Shown here in pieces: positions 14,598 through 20,000 of a DNA stretch of 20,000 bases (position 1 is the stretch's first letter; every line of letters begins with the position of its first letter). The notes under the pieces were generated by a model. It saw only the letters and a program-made list of their open reading frames with translations. It was not told the origin of the DNA and did no database searches. The stretch lies in IMG/VR virus record IMGVR_UViG_3300007735_000782; one strand, written 5' to 3'. Source of the DNA: an uncultured virus (IMG/VR IMGVR_UViG_3300007735_000782). Its lineage: Duplodnaviria; Heunggongvirae; Uroviricota; Caudoviricetes. The position numbers were made by a program, and so were the translations under genes.

Positions 14598-14729
14598 ATG
14601 GAAATCTTAATTGGCTTAACCATATTCTCGCTCGGTATCACTCTGGCTGGTCGCATGTATCGTCATTGCGTCCATCCGTATTATCCTTCTTGCAAAGCTT
14701 CTGCTCCGCTTTCAAACCTAAATGAATAA
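14598..14729 (+). CDS. Small hydrophobic protein, 43 aa (not in ORF track)
   Basis: MEILIGLTIFSLGITLAGRMYRHCVHPYYPSCKASAPLSNLNE. N-terminal TM segment. Overlaps the convergent gene by 92 nt. Confidence 0.45.
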   Translation: MEILIGLTIFSLGITLAGRMYRHCVHPYYPSCKASAPLSNLNE

Positions 14730-15021
14730 GATTATGCATGCGCATGTAATAAGATAAGCCATCACCATAATCAAGACCAAAAATATCATATAAAGCATAA
14801 CGATAAGAACCACGATCTTGCACTTCTGCTTTATGCATTAATTTTGTGATTTGCCTAAATGCTTGACTTTTGTCGTCATAATTTAAACTATCCCACCACG
14901 CATCATCTTCTGCTTTTTGTTGCAACTCACTAGCCTGCCATGCTTGCCGCAATGCTTTGAGTTCAGGCGAATTTATCCATTTGGTTGCAGATTGGTCCTT
15001 ATTTGGCGTAGTGTCTCCCAT
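14638..15021 (-). CDS. Hypothetical phage protein
   Basis: 127-aa ORF with 'WWDSL...GSYRYALYDIFG', a pattern seen in aquatic phages. Confidence 0.75.
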   Translation of the reverse strand: MGDTTPNKDQSATKWINSPELKALRQAWQASELQQKAEDDAWWDSLNYDDKSQAFRQITKLMHKAEVQDRGSYRYALYDIFGLDYGDGLSYYMRMHNLIHLGLKAEQKLCKKDNTDGRNDDTCDQPE

Positions 15022-15164
15022 TTTAAAGCTTCATTCTGATGATAATCATACCACCCTTCAATAGCTTCAAGCATTCCCTTGCGAGCTGTAACAGGCCCCT
15101 CCTGCATCAATTCTTGCAATGCATCAGAAATTGATTCCACTTGCGCTTTGTAATGGTCGTCCAT
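14973..15164 (-). CDS. Hypothetical protein
   Basis: MDDHYKAQ..., likely start at 15164. Confidence 0.65.
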   Translation of the reverse strand: MDDHYKAQVESISDALQELMQEGPVTARKGMLEAIEGWYDYHQNEALKWETLRQIRTNLQPNG

Positions 15165-15188
15165 GGCTAGGAAGCATGATGCCATAGC

Positions 15189-16421
15189 TTACACCAATTC
15201 TCTCCACCCCAACAAGCCAGTAGCATCTTCCAACGAACTGCACTGCAAAGTTAAAATCAATATATCGCTAGTGCCATCAATGGTTTGCCCTAATGACAAA
15301 GCCAAACCACTTTCAGGATTAAACTCAATTGCAGAACGAGCAGCAGTAAGACCAGCTCCCACCACAGTCCCTCCAGAAAATGTGCCGCTTGCCATCACTT
15401 GTACATTTCCCCGACCATTATCTGCTGCCAACCATGTGCCACTAACAGTTGGATTAAGACGTAAACGCCATTGAGCGACAATATTAGAAGCTGGATTGCC
15501 GCCAATACTTACATCAATTTGAGCTGGTAATATTACATTATCCGTGCGACCACTTGCCATGCGAATAGCTGCAACCATTGTTTCTGAAGAAATTGCCGAA
15601 AATCCTGTAACACCTCTGCCTGCAATATAAATAGGGCCACTGGGCTGATACCCTCCTTCACTTGCGACACTTGTGCAAATTTGTTTTAAAGTGGCGGCAG
15701 AAGCAATGGTAGAAGAATTATAAATGCGATATGAAACTGGTAAAATCGCTGATGTTATGTAAACGCTATTAATAGTATTTGCATGATTAAATTCATGGCA
15801 ATAGCGTATTTCACCATTGACTACAAAACCACAACGCACTCGCCCTACTCCTAACCATTCCAAATCAACAGTAAAAATATTGGCTTTTGTAAAATCAAAG
15901 CCAGCAAAAGTATCAATATTCCATGCGGATTGATTTACAACATTTTCCACTACAGTGCCAGAGGCTTTGCTTCTTATGACAAGCTGAATAGTAGTGCCAC
16001 TTGCGCGAAGAATAATGCCATTATTGTCATCAAAATATCCCACTTCCTGCACTAAACCAGCCAATGGTTGATTCCCAACAAAACTAGCCATCAACATCAA
16101 TGACTTCCCTGGTTGATAAGGGAAATATCTGCGCGAACGACGTAAGGTAGTATCGCCTGACGCTGTTGTTGTTTTAAGTTCTAAAGAACTTTCATTGGTT
16201 AAAAAATTAGTAGTGCCACCGCCAACTGTTGCCTCGTCCCATAAATCAGTGCGTTTTGAATGACGCAGTGTTGAATCAAATAGCGTAAATGGTTGGCTAA
16301 AACGCTGCCTGCCAAAAGCATCTACTGCTCCACTATCAGGCCCTTGCTGGACTAATTGTCCGCGATGATCAGCTTCAACGTAAGTTTCAAATTGTTCGTT
16401 GTTAGCTTTGATTTGACCCAT
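15189..16421 (-). CDS. Putative virion structural protein (beta-rich)
   Basis: 410 aa with 'DAFGRQRFSQPFTLFDS', 'YQPGKS' and 'EWLGVGRVRCGF' motifs, at the end of the tail operon. Confidence 0.65.
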   Translation of the reverse strand: MGQIKANNEQFETYVEADHRGQLVQQGPDSGAVDAFGRQRFSQPFTLFDSTLRHSKRTDLWDEATVGGGTTNFLTNESSLELKTTTASGDTTLRRSRRYFPYQPGKSLMLMASFVGNQPLAGLVQEVGYFDDNNGIILRASGTTIQLVIRSKASGTVVENVVNQSAWNIDTFAGFDFTKANIFTVDLEWLGVGRVRCGFVVNGEIRYCHEFNHANTINSVYITSAILPVSYRIYNSSTIASAATLKQICTSVASEGGYQPSGPIYIAGRGVTGFSAISSETMVAAIRMASGRTDNVILPAQIDVSIGGNPASNIVAQWRLRLNPTVSGTWLAADNGRGNVQVMASGTFSGGTVVGAGLTAARSAIEFNPESGLALSLGQTIDGTSDILILTLQCSSLEDATGLLGWRELV

Positions 16422-16553
16422 GAAATCCTCTAAAGCAATGGGAAAGAATTAAAACTCACCACCATCAATAGTGATGCCACTAAACGTAACATTACTCAAC
16501 ACTCGTCCGCTAGAAACAATGTTTGTCTGCAAGGTTTTTAAAATAATAATGAT

Positions 16554-17231
16554 TCATGCCCACGCCCCAACAGAAGTATTGGCGCCAGCAGTGCCGATGG
16601 GCCATACTGACATGCAAGAACCCGCAAGCGTCGAATAAGCACCGCCAGGCGCTGCGCTCAACGTGTACTGAGGAACAAACGTTCCACTCGCATTTACGCT
16701 TACCGTGCCAGATATATTCGCGACAAATGTTTCCGCTGCTGATGTAATACTACTTGTTAAAGTAAGGGCTGCGGCCAGAGTGGAAAATGAATGCTGAGCA
16801 GCGAATTGCCCCATTGTTGACGCGGTTGAAGCCGAATCAGTGCGGTTCCATCTCATCCCATAAGCAATGTTGTTGATGGTGGCAGTGCCGCCAAAACCAA
16901 TGCTGATTGTATGAGAAGTGAAGCCTGTTGTTTTCTGGAGAATAAAAAACGCCTCTATTGCGTAAATAGTGCTTGCCGACAATGTTACGCCAACACCGAA
17001 CACTGACTGGGCCGTGTTGACATTACTGCCAGCCAAGCTACTATTGAGCCGATAGAACATCATCGACGGCGATACGCCACGCGCTGCTGGCGTTGAATAA
17101 ATTACTTTGCCGTCGTACTCAACTGCGCCAGCCGCTGCTGTAGTTAGGCTGGTGCCTGATTGCAATTTTAACGGTGCGTTAGACGATGTGCCTGCCGGCA
17201 GAATGATGGGCGTAAGAAAGTTTTTGCTCAT
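16554..17231 (-). CDS. Tail fibre/receptor-binding-type protein
   Basis: Ser/Thr/Ala/Gly-rich, with the module 'AGTSSNAPLKLQSGTSLTTAAAGAVEYDG'. GC-richer than the flanking downstream gene by eye. Confidence 0.7.
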   Translation of the reverse strand: MSKNFLTPIILPAGTSSNAPLKLQSGTSLTTAAAGAVEYDGKVIYSTPAARGVSPSMMFYRLNSSLAGSNVNTAQSVFGVGVTLSASTIYAIEAFFILQKTTGFTSHTISIGFGGTATINNIAYGMRWNRTDSASTASTMGQFAAQHSFSTLAAALTLTSSITSAAETFVANISGTVSVNASGTFVPQYTLSAAPGGAYSTLAGSCMSVWPIGTAGANTSVGAWA

Positions 17232-18019
17232 CAGCCAATTACAACAACGCGATAAGCATCAGAACTTGGGGCTGTAGCAAAAATAATGGTCAACGTATTT
17301 GTGGTGGTGTGCGCTACGTCAGTTATTACTTCTTCGTAATTACTGGCGTTGTAAACAGTTACATGTACATCACGACTGGCTAGGTTATGAGTGACTGTAT
17401 AGCTGGTTGCACTGCCGTCTCCAATGCTGACGGAGAATTTCTTAATGCGGCCAGACCAAGTGGCTAGTTTTAACGGGGTAACAATACGTGCATCGTCGGT
17501 GCCTGCATCGGTTTCAGCTTGCGTGGCAAGTTCTGCAATACCTGCAGTACTTTCACTTGCTGATGGTGCTGATGTTCCAAATGCAACCCAACTAATAGTG
17601 CTTGAATCAATTGTGCCGTTTATTTGATCTTGCCGCCAAGTAGTAGCAGCGGAAGTGCCTTCTTCTACTGTTGTGACTGCTTGCTCTAGTTCTGCAAAAG
17701 TAGTTGCATCCAATGAGCGCGTCATTGCAACGGCGGCACCGTTCCAGATATAGATTCCGTTTTGTGATGTAGTGGTCTGCGAGCGCACTAATACTCGATC
17801 TTGACTGGCCATTGTGATGCCATCAATCGTAGCGCCAGGGTTGCTTAGGTTTAAGTTGGCTTGAGTGGAAACACGAACTGAATCCTTCCAGGCCAAGCCT
17901 TCTACCAAAGAATCGACATATGATTTCGGCACCCCGTCGCCACTTGCTGACGGTGCCGGCAGGTTAATTACTTTGGATACTGACTGGAAATCAAAGTCTG
18001 CAAAGATTTTTTTAGACAT
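17231..18019 (-). CDS. Tail fibre/decoration-type structural protein
   Basis: 'KSYVDS..GLAWKDSVRV', 'DRVLVRSQT..SQNGIY' and 'ASESTAGIAELATQAE..AGTDD.RIVTPLKL' modules. Confidence 0.75.
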   Translation of the reverse strand: MSKKIFADFDFQSVSKVINLPAPSASGDGVPKSYVDSLVEGLAWKDSVRVSTQANLNLSNPGATIDGITMASQDRVLVRSQTTTSQNGIYIWNGAAVAMTRSLDATTFAELEQAVTTVEEGTSAATTWRQDQINGTIDSSTISWVAFGTSAPSASESTAGIAELATQAETDAGTDDARIVTPLKLATWSGRIKKFSVSIGDGSATSYTVTHNLASRDVHVTVYNASNYEEVITDVAHTTTNTLTIIFATAPSSDAYRVVVIG

Positions 18020-18020
18020 T

Positions 18021-18344
18021 TTAAGTCAATCTGGCAAAACCAGCGGTGGACGCTGTTAACAGTATAACTGTTTGATTTATACTTGCATGAGATACTTCGG
18101 CTTGGATTTGCTGGCTGCCGCTGTCGTACACGTCAACACTGGGCTTAAACCCTAGGTTATGGTTAATAGTCCATGACGATGCCGACGAAGACTGCGTAAA
18201 CACAAAACCCGCACCTGCGGGGCCTTGCGGGCCAGGTGTTATTAGCTCAACAATACTGGTTTGTGGCTGCTGGACAACCACTTGATTATTAATTTCATTA
18301 ACTATCGCCCGAACAATTGTATTACCACTAACAATAATTTCCAT
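18021..18344 (-). CDS. Small tail-associated protein with a short collagen-like motif
   Basis: GPQGPAG and 'WTINHNLGFKPSV' module. Confidence 0.7.
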   Translation of the reverse strand: MEIIVSGNTIVRAIVNEINNQVVVQQPQTSIVELITPGPQGPAGAGFVFTQSSSASSWTINHNLGFKPSVDVYDSGSQQIQAEVSHASINQTVILLTASTAGFARLT

Positions 18345-18685
18345 TACGGCCTCCCAGTAAGACCAGGATTCAAGAAAGCAGCCCCTTCAAGGATATAATA
18401 TTTAGTTCCAGCAGGTTCAGTTATTAAAACATCATATTGTCCGTCTCCTGAAATTGTCGCAGTGCCAGAAGCAGGAATGGTAAGTTTAAATTGCCCAGAC
18501 GCTTGTGCTGTCCATGATTGCACAAAATTAGCAAGTAAAGTATTGCCAAGACGATCAAATACTTTACCCGCCACGGTATAACCACTCATTACCAATGGTG
18601 ATCCAGCACTATCTTTGAGCTGTAAATTAAGCTCAAAAGTAGCACCTTGATGAATTGTAATGTCGTAACGACCGGGTTCAATCAC
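18344..18685 (-). CDS. BppU-like/Ig-like tail or baseplate-associated protein
   Basis: 'PGRYDITIHQGATF', 'YDVLITEP.GTKYYILEG'. GTG start. Confidence 0.7.
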   Translation of the reverse strand: MIEPGRYDITIHQGATFELNLQLKDSAGSPLVMSGYTVAGKVFDRLGNTLLANFVQSWTAQASGQFKLTIPASGTATISGDGQYDVLITEPAGTKYYILEGAAFLNPGLTGRP

Positions 18686-18742
18686 ACGCCATCACTTGTT
18701 ATTTTTTCCATCGTAGCTACCATTGATGGCATTGTGTAATTA

Positions 18743-18889
18743 TTACCCTTTGCCTTGTCCTCTCATTGGCTTTTTACCTTTACGTCGTGGCCGTGAATTT
18801 TGGCCTTGACCGATTGAAGTTAATTTAGGCGCACTGGGCTTATGCTCGCGCTTAAGCCCTGCATTGCCGCCTTTACTTTTGACTGCCAT
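18743..18889 (-). CDS. Small highly basic protein, 48 aa (not in ORF track)
   Basis: MAVKSKGGNAGLKREHKPSAPKLTSIGQGQNSRPRRKGKKPMRGQGKG. TAATG coupling to the upstream gene. The 'RGQGK' end is typical of small basic phage proteins. Confidence 0.8.
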   Translation of the reverse strand: MAVKSKGGNAGLKREHKPSAPKLTSIGQGQNSRPRRKGKKPMRGQGKG

Positions 18890-19383
18890 TATGGTGCCTC
18901 AGGCCACTGCACTTCCCACGGGAAGCCGGGTTGCGCTGTTACGTCACGCAGCTCTTGGCGGTAAGCAGCCCATGCTGCTTTGTCTACTGGTGCATCAGGT
19001 AGTTGAGTCCAATCGCAATTTGCTAGGCGCTTGTTGCGATCGTCGCGGATAGCCTTGCCCTGCTCAGCATCCTTGGTGAAGCAATAAGCCTCGTACTGCT
19101 CAGATGCGGTATGTACTACGCCGTCGGGGTCGGTGTAGTCGGTGAAGATGGGACCGGCGATGTAATGGGTGAACCACTGCCCGTTGATTTCAACCACGCC
19201 GTCGCGTTGGCTGTACTGATACGGCGGGATGGTGGTGGCTTGTGGGCCTTCGAGCACCGGGTCATAGCCGAAGCTGTCGATGATCTCGGCAGTGAGCTGT
19301 TGCGGGAATGAGGTGTTGCGGTTCTCAGCGCGGAACTGAGAATCAGTGATGACGGCGCCAGTGACGCGATTACGGAGTTCCAT
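18889..19383 (-). CDS. Tail fibre assembly chaperone
   Basis: C-terminal IRDDRNKRLANCDWTQLPDAP..WAAYRQELRDV..QPGFP..VQWP. Start at ATG 19383 (MELRNR). Confidence 0.88.
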   Translation of the reverse strand: MELRNRVTGAVITDSQFRAENRNTSFPQQLTAEIIDSFGYDPVLEGPQATTIPPYQYSQRDGVVEINGQWFTHYIAGPIFTDYTDPDGVVHTASEQYEAYCFTKDAEQGKAIRDDRNKRLANCDWTQLPDAPVDKAAWAAYRQELRDVTAQPGFPWEVQWPEAP

Positions 19384-19385
19384 GA

Positions 19386-19937
19386 TTAGGCAATAGCGAG
19401 GTTTGACTGGTCGGCGTAAGTCCAGCCATTCCAGGAATGACTGCAACGCCAGTGGACTGTTGGCTTGGGGACGCCCAGCTCCTTGGCTGCTGTTGTGCCA
19501 GAGTCAAACTCCCCCATTGGAGTGATGACACGCTTAGCGGCGTAGTGCCTGCCGCCGCCAATAGCAGCAGACATTTTTGCTTTTACTTCTGGGCGATGCA
19601 TTGGATTTAAGTCACCCTTGACCCAGTAGTTTGATTGCCCCTTGAGTGCAGAGGCTATCTTTTGCCGAGTCTCGGACGAAGTGGGCTTGCCCAAATTGCC
19701 TTCACTCACGTTCTGAGCGCCTGTCCCAATAAAGACATTGCCAATCTCGTAGTGGCCTTGATCACCCTTACGCATCATGCAGTATTTCAATGCGCCACGT
19801 CCGCGCTCTTCCCAGTGCCCTGAGTCAAGCCAGATCTGTTTCCACTCTTCAAAAGTCAAGCGCATTTCCAGCCCGCGCTGACGGACGTTGCTTTTTTGCT
19901 GCGTGTAAGCCTTGCGGAATGGGTCTTTAGTTGCCAT
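19386..19937 (-). mobile_element. Free-standing HNH-type homing endonuclease gene with NUMOD3/NUMOD1-like DNA-binding motifs
   Basis: 'LTFEEWKQIW..YCMMRKGDQGHYEIGNVFIGT.AQN' nuclease domain, 'SSETRQKIASALKG' and 'PEVKAKMSAA' NUMOD3-like repeats, and a C-terminal HTH 'FDSGTTAAKELGV'. Sits between a tail gene and its chaperone. Confidence 0.8.
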
Positions 19938-19939
19938 CT

Positions 19940-20000
19940 CTACGCTACCGATAAATAAATGTAAGAACCGCCATTAGCGTTGATGGCGGCAGGGGCGGTG
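19940..20000 (-). CDS. 3' end of a tail fibre gene (truncated by the window edge)
   Basis: ...TAPAAINANGGSYIYLSVA-stop resembles the 'N..GGTYIYLAIA' terminus common in aquatic phage tail fibres. Confidence 0.7.
   Translation of the reverse strand, partial: TAPAAINANGGSYIYLSVA

Noticed and set aside
7255..19823. Numerous short ORFs nested in or antisense to long genes (for example 7255..7542, 8212..8430, 11480..11737, 15163..15474, 17424..17627, 19111..19311)
   Set aside because: They lie wholly or largely within well-supported genes and have no motifs or RBS, so they are treated as shadow ORFs.
19386..19939. Group I intron around the homing endonuclease
   Set aside because: Only 2 nt flank the ORF on each side, leaving no room for a ribozyme core. 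It is free-standing.
1..20000. Genome-wide stop-codon reassignment
   Set aside because: Conserved genes are intact in the standard code, TAA, TGA and TAG all terminate genes, and many ATGA couplings use TGA as a stop. No suppressor tRNA was seen.

Overview
A 20-kb segment of a dsDNA tailed phage genome. The cyanobacterial-style ThyX and dCTP deaminase and several small ORF types suggest a freshwater picocyanobacterial host, which is an inference. Minus-strand block 137-6234: RlpA-like lytic transglycosylase, small hypothetical ORFs, an HTH/TerS-like protein, a Gp157/Gam-like protein and a Zn-finger/TOPRIM/RecA-type primase-helicase. Divergent plus-strand block 6374-12287: RHH regulator, Sak3/DUF1071 annealing protein, PD-(D/E)XK exonuclease, short SSB, dcd, an endonuclease, thyX and DUF3310. 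These are followed by an HNH nuclease, a lysis cassette with a GH73 glucosaminidase + YkuD-like endolysin, and the distal end of a minus-strand tail/structural operon containing a NUMOD3 HNH homing endonuclease. Four observations stand out. (1) A complete -1 programmed ribosomal frameshift cassette (SD-like GGAGG, 10 nt, G GGA AAG, 8 nt, hairpin) sits at the end of the Sak3 gene, and its -1 frame ends in an ATGA coupling with the next gene. (2) Two intergenic multi-stem structured RNA candidates lie at ~607-781 (with its own promoter and terminator) and ~3829-3989. (3) The homing endonuclease appears to have captured the original 'LAIA-stop' end of the upstream tail gene and supplied a recoded replacement end. 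(4) An in-frame 'IDGGEF' tail-protein remnant or readthrough lies behind a TGA. No tRNA, rRNA or CRISPR array was found. All family assignments come from motif recognition by eye, not from database searches.
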